A stretch of 64,000 bases of DNA from Macrostomum lignano (lineage: Eukaryota). Positions 1 to 11,931 of the stretch are shown here, piece after piece; positions within the stretch are counted from its first letter, which is position 1; each line of letters starts with the position of its first letter. The DNA lies in contig NIVC01001957.1 in assembly GCA_002269645.1 (NCBI GenBank), positions 124,001-188,000 on the forward strand. Direction: 5' to 3'. Below the pieces are notes generated by a model. That model had not been told where the DNA came from. It saw only the letters and a program-made list of their open reading frames with translations, and made no database searches. A program made the translations under genes and the position numbers.

Positions 1-396
1 AATCAGTTTGTGAATTTTTATTTTTTAAGCTTATCATTTTTCAGATAAACTTGAGTGATTATAAATGTTTGTTAGAATATCTTCTCTAAACTAACCTTTG
101 CAATTAACTCTTTTTTATAATAAATATAATATATAAGATATCTTAAGCTTAAAATGTCTCTTGAGAGATAAGCATACTATTAGTTTAAGCTATTTATTAC
201 TTTTTAGCTGCTCATGTGATTTAGCAAGTTTGTCAATGGAACATTGTAGCCTTATAAGCATTTTAAATGTGTTCATAAGTACTTTAAGTCAAGACTCAAG
301 AGTATAAAATATTTGAATTGTTTTTCTATATAAAACATGTATTTGAGATTTTAATAATTCCATCCTAGTTGTCTATGGAATTTATGTTAGTTCGCG

Positions 397-2190
397 ATGC
401 TTTATCCAATGGCACACAATTTCCAACTTGGCTCTGAAAGTTCAGAAGCTGACCAAATCCGACTAGCAGCTGTGGGACTATCTAACTTCCTCGCAGCTCC
501 ATCACCTTTGATTCAATGTGAAGAATTGTCCAGTGTGATTGGTCAAACAGTGCTGCTCAAGCTTGAACACACTTTACCTAGTGGATCATTCAAGATTCGT
601 GGTGCATTTAATAAGATCAGCAGTGTGTTGAAGACTGCTGACCAGGATCAGGTAAAACTTAAAACATTTTTCTAATAACTTTAGCATTGAAAATTAAATT
701 ACATGGACTATCTACCATGCTTCAAAATTCTGCAGATCTCAATTGAGCTAGGCCACTTCTTATGCAAATTGCATCACTAGTATACAAACTTTTTAGTTCA
801 TATATAGCCCACTATAGCACAGTTTATACTATAAACAAGTATGTTTTTGTCTATTAAAGCTATTAAAAAAGACTTCCTTTTCATCGTAAATGGCCCAACA
901 ATGGGGTTTGTACCCTGTGGAACAGTAGTGCAAAGCACCCTTAAGATGGATTTTACCACTGACAAAACGTAATGGAAACATCTGGCTAGAGTACACAGCC
1001 AAGAGATAAGAATTCGGCCCATCATTACTAGATTTGCACATTAGTTCTGTATGTGTATGTTTTGATCTCTACAAAATGAAATAATAACAAGCGTCACGTG
1101 GGCATTCTAATTTCTGTGAGCAGAAACCGCAGTTTGTTACCAGTAGCGCTGGCAACCACGTGCTCGCCTGCTGTCACGTGTGGCAGCAGCTGGGGGTGTC
1201 GGGCAGCGCGGTTTTCGTCCCCACCACGGTGGCCCCGGCCAAGGAGGCAAAACTCGCTCGGCTGCACGAGGCTGGCCTCATTCGGCTCAGCAAAGTCGGC
1301 CGCGAGTGCCTGGAAACCGAGCTGGCAGGTCGCGAGTTCGCTCTCCGCTGTCCCGGCTCAGTGTACGTGCCGCCCTACTCGGACTGGGAGGTCATCCGAG
1401 GTCAGGGCTCGGCCGCGTTCGAGCTGCTCCCAGACCCGACTGGGACCGGCTGGGCCGGGCAGCTGTCCGCCAACTCCGATTGGCTGGCGGCTGGTCACGT
1501 GACTCTGCTTGTGCCGACGGGTGGCGGCGGCCTATTGGCTGGCGTGGCTCTGTGCGCCAAGCTGGGCCGGAGCGGCCTGCGGACGACTGTGATTGGCTGC
1601 CAGCCCGAGGCGGACCAGGTGCTGGCCAAGTCTGTGCAGGTAGGCCTTATCTTAATTTGCTTATCAATAATTAGCAGGATTCAAATAGTAAAGGTTGTCT
1701 CAGTTCCAAACAAGTTTCTATTGGCTGAGAGCGAGTCACGTGATACAGAATTGTAGCAGATGGCACCGTGATTGTAAAACACACCATAAAGAATTCTCAG
1801 TGAGATAATTACCTGATAATTACATTTATTATCGAGGCCGGTCGACTTCTAAGCTACGACGAGGCCGGTTCGCGCGAGACGGTTGCGCAGGGTACGGCTG
1901 GCGCTGTAGAAGACGGCTCGCCGACCTTTGAAGTTTGCCGCCAGCACGTGGACCGCTGGTGCTCGGTGACGGAGCAGGAGATCGCCTGGGCCTGCCTTCG
2001 GCTCAACAGAATTTTAGCGGCCGAAGGGCAGCCGAGAGCGGAGCCAGCGGCCGCCTTGGGAGTCGCTGCAGCCCTGAAGCTGGCGGGCTCGCTGCCTGCG
2101 GGGCCCGTCGTGGCCTTCGTGACGGGCGGCAACGTGGGGGACGCCGAGATGGAGCTGGTGAAGAGGCTGGCTGATGAGGCAGTCTTGTAA
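397..2190 (+). CDS. PLP-dependent Ser/Thr dehydratase / serine racemase family protein, copy 1 (catalytic domain only, SAGNH type)
   Basis: Three exons with phase-0 GT-AG introns: 397-651, 1124-1639, 1837-2190. Motifs: SGSFKIRGA (PLP lysine), FVTSSAGNH, PPYSDWEVIRGQG, VPTGGGGL (phosphate loop), EPAAALGVAA, VTGGN. No C-terminal ACT regulatory domain. Confidence 0.9.
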
Positions 2191-2838
2191 TTGAGCTGAC
2201 TCAATATTTACAGAAAAGACTTTTACTCAATGATTTCTTGTGGACAGCCGAAGTCAAAGATCTCCGCACTTGCAACTAATGCAAATTTTGCTATAAGTAT
2301 GAAGCATGGCGCTAAATTTCGACATGCGCCACAAAGTCGCTGGGAAATCTCTCTATAAAAATTCACTAAGGATAGGAGGAGCGCTCTTTGACGGCAATCG
2401 TCAATGGGATGATTAGCTCAGCCAGTACCTTTTGTCGTGTTATTTATATATAAAAGCTCTAAAATTCTTCCAGTAGTAAATCATGCTTTTCAGTGTAATT
2501 CCTTATTTAGTTTTCAATATTGATTTTATAAATAATTTTTTATCTACACTGCGCCTTGGTGACGTTGACCATCCATTTTATTACAATAGTAGTATTCGAA
2601 TCGCAATATTTTGATTTTATGTCATTTTTTATTCACAATACTGCAAACAGAATAAAAGTGCGCATTGATATATTTTTACTATTTTTTCTTAAAATTCGGA
2701 AATTTCGAATTGTAAATAATAACTGGAAATTTTTCATTATTATTTTAGTTATATTTTATTTATGTGAAGATTCGTTATTCATTACTGGAAATGGTGCAAA
2801 TTATGTAGCTGTAGTGCGTTATAGAGTTATTTCCTCTT

Positions 2839-3415
2839 GTACAGTCTAATCTGCAGTGAGTCACATCCTAATGGATAATGTACAGTCTAATCTGCAGTGA
2901 GTCACATCCTAATGGATAATGTACAGTCTAATCTGCAGTGAGTCACATCCTAATGGATAATGTACAGTCTAATCTGCAGTGAGTCACATACTAATGGATA
3001 ATGTACAGTCTAATCTGCAGTGAGTCACATCCTAATGGATAATGTACAGTCTAATCTGCAGTGAGTCACATCCTAATGGATAATGTACAGTCTAATCTGC
3101 AGTGAGTCACATCCTAATGGATAATGTACAGTCTAATCTGCAGTGAGTCACATACTAATGGATAATGTACAGTCTAATCTGCAGTGAGTCACATCCTAAT
3201 GGATAATGTACAGTCTAATCTGCAGTGAGTCACATCCTAATGGATAATGTACAGTCTAATCTTCAGTGAGTCACATCCTAATGAATAATGTACAGTCTAA
3301 TCTGCAGTGAGTTACAGCCTAATGGATAATGTACAGTTTAATCTGCAGTGAGTCATACGAGTATTCTAATTAATAATGTACAGTTTAATCTGCAGTGAGT
3401 CACATCCTAATTCGC
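2839..3415. repeat. 41-bp minisatellite (about 14 copies)
   Basis: Unit GTACAGTCTAATCTGCAGTGAGTCACATCCTAATGGATAAT, degenerating at the right end. Lies between the two dehydratase paralogs. Confidence 0.95.
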
Positions 3416-3620
3416 ATCGTGACAATCTAATATTAAGTTAGTCACATCCTAAAGGTGTATTATGCATTCTAACGTTTATTAGGCGACATGAATATGCAGT
3501 CTGCTCCGTGATCTTCCATATTGCATCTATACTATACTATATACCAATCTGGTTTTTGAAATAGGTGCAACCATCAAATACTGCAATTGCTCTTCATCAA
3601 AACTTCAGCTGGCAGCCAGC

Positions 3621-6600
3621 ATGCTGCAGTATCCACTCAGCTGTGACGTTGCCCAGTTCTTAGAAAGTTCATCCGAGGCCGACAAAATTCGCTTAGCCGC
3701 CATGAAATTGTCCAGCTTCCTTGGAGCTCCATCGCCTTTATTGGCATGTCCACCAGAGTTCAAGTTTAGAAACAACGATGCTAATGGCCCTCTACTGCTC
3801 AAGCTTGAGCACACTTTGCCAACTGGTTCGTTTAAAGTTCGAGGTGCATTCAACAAAATTAGTAGCACAATGCAAAATGCTACTGCTGACGGACAGGTGA
3901 GTGCCGGGGGTCTGAGACTGGTGAAATCGTGAATAAAGCTATAGTTAATGATAGTGCAATTAGCAGCCACCAAATTCCATTGCTGTAGGTAATCTTACAG
4001 CGATGACTCAATTTATTGCATGCTCAAAATAGAACCTGTGAGAGTTGCTCAGCTTCACGCTTATTGGAAAAGACAAATAGGAACAAAAAGCAACTTAGGT
4101 CAACTGAGAAATAAAAACTAAAAACTGCAGGGACCGACCTCAACGACCAGCCAGTAGTATGTCTCATTTTCGGGCCTGCCAGACCCGTTGCCATGTCGCA
4201 TATTGGCTGCAACGGTGTTGCAATTTCGCGACTATCCTGGGTTTTTGTCTGGCACAGATAACCGAACGCACTTACGACACGATATCCCTCCAGATACTGC
4301 CAAACAAAAAATAAATCTCTGCATGCCTTTGTACAGGAATCAAGTCACAACTTGTGCCATTTACATATGTACATGTAGACGAAAAAGACGTGGTGACCGC
4401 GGCATTAGAAACTCGGCTTCAACTGTTCGTCCTTATTAGCACCCTGTACAATGCGAATTGAATAATCTTTAATCTGAAGAATACGGGGATAATAGTCAGA
4501 CTCGCTGAAATTGATCTCGGAGCGAAATTAAGAGAATATTTTGATTATTGATATCTCATTTCATTTCTCATTTCGATGGTTCCGATTGCCGATCGACTCC
4601 ATTCTTCGATCGGTTTGAGGACCAAGTAGTCATTTGGTTTCTCCTTGCAAAACAGCTCGTTCTGTCGAAAATTAACAGCCCATTGTTATTTGCGACGTGC
4701 ATTGTCTGGAATAGCGGAAGCCCGTTTTGCTTCTATTGCCGCATCATCTACCTTGATCATCTATACCAAAACTTCTTTTGGTCTGTCAATATTATAGAAT
4801 ATGATAAATCAGAAAGCACAAGCGCATGGCAAGATACGTCATCTGCGATAAAAAAGCCAAAACAATTGAGCCTCTATCGAAGCAGTTCTTGCTTTCATCT
4901 GCTGGGACATTTTTCCACAGGAGCCCCGACTAATAAAACCTGCTCATATGCTGCATATCTGCACGAAAGCATAAAACTATTTTAACATTTTATTTCTGTT
5001 CTTTACTTAACACAGGCACCGCCGCACTTCGTTACTAGTAGTTCTGGCAACCACGTGCTCGCCTGCTGTCACGTGTGGCAGCAGCTGGGGGTGTCGGGCA
5101 GCGCGGTTTTCGTCCCCACCACGGTGGCCCCGGCCAAGGAGGCAAAACTCGCTCGGCTGCACGAGGCTGGCCTCATTCGGCTCAGCAAAGTCGGCCGCGA
5201 GTGCCTGGAAACCGAGCTGGCAGGTCGCGAGTTCGCTCTCCGCTGTCCCGGCTCAGTGTACGTGCCGCCCTACTCGGACTGGGAGGTCATCCGAGGTCAG
5301 GGCTCGGCCGCGTTCGAGCTGCTCCCGGACCCGACTGTGACCGGCTGGGCCGGGCAGCTGTCCGCCAACTCCGATTGGCTGGCGGCTGGTCACGTGACTC
5401 TGCTTGTGCCGACGGGTGGCGGCGGCCTATTGGCTGGCGTGGCTCTGTGCGCCAAGCTGGGCCGGAGCGGCCTGCGGACGACTGTGATTGGCTGCCAGCC
5501 CGAGGCGGACCAGGTGCTGGCCAAGTCTGTGCAGGTAGGCCTTGCTGTGTGTTTTATTGAGAGATTTTGTATGATGTGAAGTGGGGACTCTGTATGATAG
5601 TGTGAAGATTCTGTGTGATACTGTGACAATCGTGTGCCATAGTTTGAAGATTAATTATGACAATAATAATCATAATAATAATTGATTACACCTGCCCTAA
5701 TAGGCAGATGTGCACCCGACAGCTCAGCCGCAGCTATTGCGCAGCGCGTCTGAAGGCTGCGTACGGCTGTTCAGTCCAAGGACTGGGGGGTCGCCACACA
5801 CCCTCAATTTTCCCAGCAATTGCTAGCACCCATTTTACAGCTGGGTGAACTGAAGCAGGGTTAAGTGTCTTGCTAAAGGACAAAAATTGTTTTAGTGGGA
5901 TCGGGAATCGAACTCCCGACCTTTTAGTCGTGAGTCCGACTCTAACTACAGGCTCTCTAACCTCCAGTTGTGACAGATTCTGTGTACTGTACAGTACGAG
6001 TCTGACAGATGGTTCAAACTGATTGATAGACAGTTAACTCACGGGGGAATTTCTCAGATGTCAAGACTCAAAGTCGATGATGTTATTCTGACTGTTATGA
6101 CTGTATAAGGCTTCCTGTATGTCAAGTTTTTACTTTTTTATTTTTCATTTTGTTACCTCCCTCACGCGGGAATAGGATTGCAACGACGTAGTTTTGAAGC
6201 TAAACATTTAAAGACGATAAAAGAAAAGCGCAAGTGCACTTTACAAAACACACCTGATCACTTGACCATTGTTGGTGCTGTTTCCCCCCACAAGTTTCTA
6301 TTGGCTGAAACCGAGTCACGTGATAGTTATTTCATCCTATAGCAGCGCAGCTTGTAATAACGCAGTCAATAAAGACAGAAATGTACCACAGATGGCACAG
6401 TGTGATTATAAAACACACAATTAAGTCTTCTCAGTGAGATAATTACCTGATAATTACATTTATTATCGAGGCCGGTCGACTTCTAAGCTGCGACGAGGCC
6501 GGTTCGCGCGAGACGGTGGCGCAGGGCACGGCTGGCGCTGTAGAAGACGGCTCTCCGACCTTTGAAGTTTGCCGCCAGCACGTGGACCGCTGGTGCTCGG

Positions 6601-6824
6601 TGACGGAGCAGGAGATCGCCCGGGCCTGCCTGCGACTTAACAGAATTTTAGCGGCCGAAGGGCAACCGAGAGTGGAGCCAGCGGCCGCCTTGGGAGTCGC
6701 TGCAGCCCTGAAGCTGGCCGGGTCGCTGCCTGCGGGGCCCGTCGTGGCCTTCGTAACGGGCGGCAACGTGGGGGACGCCGAGATGGAGCTGGTGAAGAGG
6801 CTGGCTGATGAGGCAGTCTTGTAA
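3621..6824 (+). CDS. PLP-dependent Ser/Thr dehydratase / serine racemase family protein, copy 2 (SSGNH type)
   Basis: Exons 3621-3896, 5016-5534, 6471-6824, with the same intron positions and phases as copy 1. Motifs TGSFKVRGA, FVTSSSGNH, VPTGGGGL, VTGGN. Confidence 0.9.
3982..4022 (+). other. Relic spliced-leader (SL)-like sequence in intron 1 of dehydratase copy 2
   Basis: GCTGTAGGTAATCTTACAGCGATGACTCAATTTATTGCATG. The last 30 nt match 28/30 to the M. lignano SL as I recall it (...TCTTACTGCGAAGACTCAATTTATTGCATG). It is followed by CT rather than a GT donor. Confidence 0.65.
4560..4790 (-). mobile_element. Decayed Crypton-like (tyrosine recombinase N-terminal region) fragment
   Basis: The minus strand translates as DDAAIEAKRASAIPDNARRK*QWAVNF, resembling the 'AIPxNTxxxTxWAV' start of Crypton/ZMYM-type domains. 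Interrupted by a stop; intronic. Confidence 0.35.
5681..5965 (-). mobile_element. tRNA-derived SINE, copy 1
   Basis: Homologous to 52951-53245 and 56131-56406. The minus strand has a B-box (AGTTCGATTCCC), a central CACCCAGCTGTAAAATGGGTG segment and an (ATT)n-like tail. Confidence 0.8.
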
Positions 6825-7245
6825 TTGAGCTGACTCAATATTTACAGTAAAGACTTTTACTCAATGATTTCTTGTGAACAGCCGAAGTCAAAGATCGCCG
6901 CACTCACAGCTTTTCACTTCAGTCAGAACCGATACTACAGGCTGTTGACCCTCTGCGCTTTGTAGATTTTCGCGTTCTCAGCCTCCTCATGTTCTTCTGT
7001 CCGTTCTTCGCCCTTCCTCTTCAAGCGGTTCCTCTTGTACTTCTTCCTCTATGGCTTCACTACTGCCCCCAGCCAGCCATCATGGTTGATTTGAATGGTC
7101 TATAGTTTATATCCCGTTAGCACAGGGTTTTCTTTTCCAAGTTAAATCGGTTAGGAACACGCAGCTTTGTCCACACTTCGGTTCCGACTGAATTTTAAAG
7201 CTATCGAACTTCTATATTGGTTTCAGAAAATCAATCAAGTCAAAC

Positions 7246-7463
7246 CATGGATGAATAACATAACTGGATCGCCAAATGTTCGGTTTTTTTGGTCCTAGAC
7301 ATAGACATAGACAATTGCGCCGACATCACAAGAAGCTCAGGATTCTGTACTTTCATGCACGAGTTGTGACCCCACTTTGAGCTTCTTGTGATGCCGGTGC
7401 TTGTCTATGGCTAGGACCAAAACAATAGAGCTGGGCGATCCAGAACTATATTATTCAGCCATG
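7246..7463. mobile_element. 218-bp palindromic MITE with 8-bp TSD (hAT-like)
   Basis: Termini CATGGATGAATAA / TTATTCAGCCATG. Internal inverted arms (TGGATCGCC, TTGGTCCTAG, ATCACAAGAAGCTCA and their complements). TSD AGTCAAAC at 7238-7245 and 7464-7471. Confidence 0.85.
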
Positions 7464-7714
7464 AGTCAAACTCCCTTACGTCTGTATCAGTGTCTAAATT
7501 GATGCTGTCTCATGATTTTGCGGGCCGCACGGTCCACGGAATCCTCAGTGTGCCCATGAATCCATTCCGTACTCGCTAGTTTCGTCCATGGTTAATGGAA
7601 GGTAATATGAAGGGAGAATTTTATAGTTAAAGGTTCCATCTGCTGCATTGGTCGAAATGCCACTTCGCGGTTATAACCTCTGATTAATGGTCAGTCATCA
7701 ACTTTATTGTATGT

Positions 7715-7900
7715 TTCGGCCTTAGAAAGTGTATGTATGCTTCGTCCATAGACAGTGTATATATGCGTCGGCCATAGACAATGTATGTATGTCTCGGCCA
7801 TAGATAATGTATGTATGTCTCGGCCATAGATAATGTATGTATCTCTCGGCCATAGACAATGTATGTATGTCTCGGCCATAGATAATGTATGTATGTTACG
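7715..7900. repeat. 26-bp minisatellite
   Basis: Unit TGTATGTATGTCTCGGCCATAGATAA, flanked by imperfect direct repeats of about 55 bp (about 7648-7700 and 8006-8060). Confidence 0.8.
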
Positions 7901-9924
7901 CACTCGTGACCTTGGCTAATACCTTAAACTCTCGCTCCACATAAAACTTCCCTTAATTGCATTGTCTATGGCCGAAACAGTCGGTCAGTATAACGACAGA
8001 GAGGTCATTGATCGAAATGTCACTTCACGTTAATGTCTTCTGATTAATGACCGGTCATTATCTGTAAGACAAACGGCAATTTTAATAGCCTGTGGCTGTA
8101 GAGGCGCTGATTTCGGCTTGCCTGAAATGTTGAGTTGTGAGTCTTGCTGGAGAGGCATGAAAGTATCTGGAGAGAGATGGAAAGGGCTGGAGAGGGCTGG
8201 TGAGGAGGTAGAGTGAGGCTGCTAAAGAGACTGAAGCCACAGGGAGACGGGAGGAAAGAGTATCGGATAAATGGGGAGCAAGGGATACGAACACAACGGA
8301 ATACAGTGGCGGCAACGAAATGATGAGACAACACCGCTCTGCTTATGTCTATGGATTCGAGGGCCCGAATTAAGTCTGCCCGAAAATCCATTGGCAGAAC
8401 CATTAGTTCGGCTTGTTCGAAAAAATAGGTAGGTTTAGTTAAATTTTTAGTTTAGTTAAAAATGATAGATTTTGTTAAAAATAGGAGGCAAAAAGGTGTC
8501 GTTGTTTTATTTGAAACTCGAAATATCTCAGAGACTTTTACCGTGAAAAACCGGCGTCCCATGTTAGTTGAATTTCTACTAATACTTCAAATAATTAAAG
8601 ACTTAATTGACGTCGATTTTGAGTTTTATGGTATGTTAATTTAGACTAAATTGCAATTAGCACAACAGATTTCAACAAAATCAATTCAAGAAAAAAACAC
8701 CAATGGAAACCAGGGCTTTCTTACAGAGACCCATGTAAATGATAAATTAAATGCACTTAATTTTGGTACAACATCTTGCCAAGTCGCGTATACAGGAATC
8801 AGCTCTGTGTCTAAAATCGATGCTTAGATGTTCACTTTTGGTAGTTGAATCATCCGCGGGATTTTTTATCATATCTAATCGCATCGCTGTTTGGCGAGAT
8901 ATAACACAATTGAAACGTCCCAAAATAAGACTAACCTACTTGATACTACTTACAAGCCAAAGTTATAGTAGCAAATGCCGATGTCACGTTATTTGATGTT
9001 GGCCGTGACCCTTAAAAGGGCCGTTTTAGTCCTAAAATAAGTTGAAGTCAACTTAGGCGAAGTGGATGGTGTAGCGGAGCACTTGGCAATAAGGGCAGGA
9101 AACTGCCGTAGTCGTTTTTATTATCAATGTAAATAGTAAGTTTGGTTGTTACTGGCAAATAACAAACTATTGCTTTCTGGGCACTGGCGGCTGCAACAAT
9201 GGTTTCTTTTAAGGTAAATTGGATGTGAGTTCAAGCGACAGACGAGTGATATAATGGCGACGTAACGTGATGATCAATGGCAATGAGTACAGTGAAGGCA
9301 GTGAGACGTAGTAGGCAGGCGGATGAGCAGTGGCGAAGTTGGCGTCAGCCGTGGCGTGAGGTAAGGAGGCTCGAGGCAGCCAGACAGAGAGAAGGAAAAC
9401 AAGGCTAGAAGGCTAGGCAAGCCAGACGGGACGGAGGCAAGCCTAAGGAGAGAGAACACAGAACACAAGAACAGGGACGAGCAGGGAGACGAGGAAGAGT
9501 GAAACCCCCCAGCCCGCCAGGCGAAGGTTTAATAAAGGAGCGCAGAGGGGGGGGGGTAGCGCGAAGCACGAGTGATTTTCATTGGCTGGCGAGAGAACTT
9601 AAAATTATCGATCGTGCCAATTTTATACGGTCGCGAGAGAGGATAGTAAAATATACAGTGAATTAGAAATTGCCACAAAATCGTAGGGCACTACTACAAG
9701 TAAACGTCGCAATAAACAAATGGAAAAGTTTAGTTGAAACGGTGAAACTGAAGGGTTGAAACTATAGAGAAACAGCAGTCCAACGGCCCTTTTCGGGACC
9801 ACCTTAAACTGACAACGTCACAACCGACTCTTTGGTCTCAAGTGTTCGCTTCGATTATTTTTGCAAAAATACTTCATCTTACTTAATAGGTGACACCACA
9901 GAATATTCTGTGGGGGACACTGAT

Positions 9925-10748
9925 GACTCCTCTGTGTCTAACAGGTGACTCCTCTGTGTCTAACAGGTGACTCCTCTGTGTCTAACAGGTGACTCCTCTG
10001 TGTCTAACAGGTGACTCCTCTGTGTCTAACAGGTGACTCCTTCTGTCTAACAGGTGACTTCTCTGTGTCTAACAGGTGACTTCTCTGTGTCTAACAGGTG
10101 ACTCCTCTGTGTCTAACAGGTGACTCCTTTGTGTCTAACAGGTGGATCATCTGTGTCTAACAGGTGACTCCTCTGTGTCTAACAGGTGACTCCTCTGTGT
10201 CTAACAGCTAGGTGACTCCTCTGTGTCTAACAGGTGACTCCTCTGTGTCTAACAGCTAGGTGACTCCTCTGTGTCTAACAGCTAGGTGACTCCTCTGTGT
10301 CTAACAGGTGACTCCTCTGTGTCTAACAGGTGACTCCTCTGTGTCTAACAGGTGGATCATCTGTGTCTAACAGGTGACTCCTCTGTGTCTAACAGGTGAC
10401 TCCTCTATGTCTAACAGGTGGATCATCTGTGTCTAACAGGTGACTCCTCTGTGTCTAACAGGTGACTCCTCTGTGTCTAACAGGTGACTTCTCTGTGTCT
10501 AACAGGTGACTCCTCTGTGTCTAACAGGTGACTTCTCTGTGTCTAACAGTTGACTCCTCTGTGTCTAACAGGTGACTCCTGTGTCTAACAGGTGACTCAT
10601 CTGTGTCTAACAGGTGACTCCTCTGTGTCTGACAGGTGACTCATCTGTGTCTAACAGGTGACTCCTCTGTGTCTGACAGGTGACTAGCTCCTCTGTGTCT
10701 AACAGGTGACTCATCTGTGTCTAACAGGTGACTCCTCTGTGTCTAACA
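9925..10748. repeat. 22-bp minisatellite
   Basis: Unit GGTGACTCCTCTGTGTCTAACA, with variants. Confidence 0.95.
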
Positions 10749-11931
10749 GTTTGTTTATGAATCCATTACATGTATATAAAATTAACACTACAAAGTCTAA
10801 CATAATCTGAATGGAGTTCAGAATAAAAACAAAACGTAAATGAGAAAAATCCAATTTACTTAGTGTTTAAATGTACGTTTTATTTATAAAAAATAAGAAA
10901 ATATTTAGAACGCGGAAGTATATTAACTATTGAATAATTTAGCGACTTAAGTTTGATTTACAGTCTATCACAATCGGCTTCATAAATGAAATGAAACGTT
11001 ATCATAAAAGGCTGCAAATGACACTAAAAGTAAGTAGTAAATTAAATAATCTACACAATGTTAAGCTGGTGACAGAAAATCTCTTAAAATCAAAATTTAA
11101 GTTTTTTATGTTTTAAAAATCGGTTAGAAAATTGTTAGATTAAAATTCAAGAGAATTTGACAAGTTCAAGTTAAAGAAAATAAAATAGCAAGAGGAAGTG
11201 TGAAAAATCTAAGATAAACTAAGGCAGCAATTAAAAGTACCCTTTGCTTGGTAAACTTTAAATAAACCACAGAACATACTGCATAGTCTATGGTACCATC
11301 TGTTTTCTTCACCTCAGAAGAGACTTCAGCTTAACGCTTGTTAATCCGTTGAGAATGTCTATGGCCAGAAGGCAAACTTACGTTTTGCCTCACGTGGGAA
11401 GTTTCTTGACGTCTGTTTTAAGTCTGTTTTAAGTTTTAAGTTCAAGAAGTCTCATAGCATAGGAGAAAAATCCAAGGACTACTTAAGTATAGAAGGACAA
11501 GAAACTATGATTCTTAGAAATGGTTAATGAGGCTGGTTTTCGCCTAAAAATACACTACGAAGATAGGAACTTTTCATTTTTTAGAACAAAGCTTTTTCAG
11601 TACTTTAGTAGTCCTTGGAAAGAGCATTCTAGAACTTTCTAGAAAGCTAGAATGCGCACGAGGTGGCCACGTGATTCAGTGTCTATGCTGGTGTCCGCTT
11701 TTTTGTAATTTACCAGTATGTCCAACAAGTTTTGTCAAAGACTTACTTTGCGCGGTAAACAACTTGTTTAAAATCAAGTGCAAGTTTTCATGTCGAATGT
11801 ACTTATTGATACATTAAGTACTTATTATAAAAGGCATTCCAGGCAATCATTAAAGACTAATAAGAAGACCACATTTTCTAGTAAAACTTTCTAAATTATC
11901 GACGCATGAGCACTGACACGTAGATTACACG

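Noticed and set aside
397-6824. Horizontal transfer of a bacterial-like TdcB dehydratase
   Set aside because: Both copies have canonical introns, and regulatory-domain-less members of this family occur in animals. HGT cannot be supported without a phylogeny.
6940-7090. Lys/Glu-rich minus-strand reading (RKKYKRNRLKRKGEERTEEHEEAENAKIYK)
   Set aside because: Short, bounded by stops, with no splice context or recognisable family.
8060-9560. Purine-rich segments suggestive of solo LTRs
   Set aside because: I could not identify paired TG...CA ends, a TSD, a PBS or a second copy.
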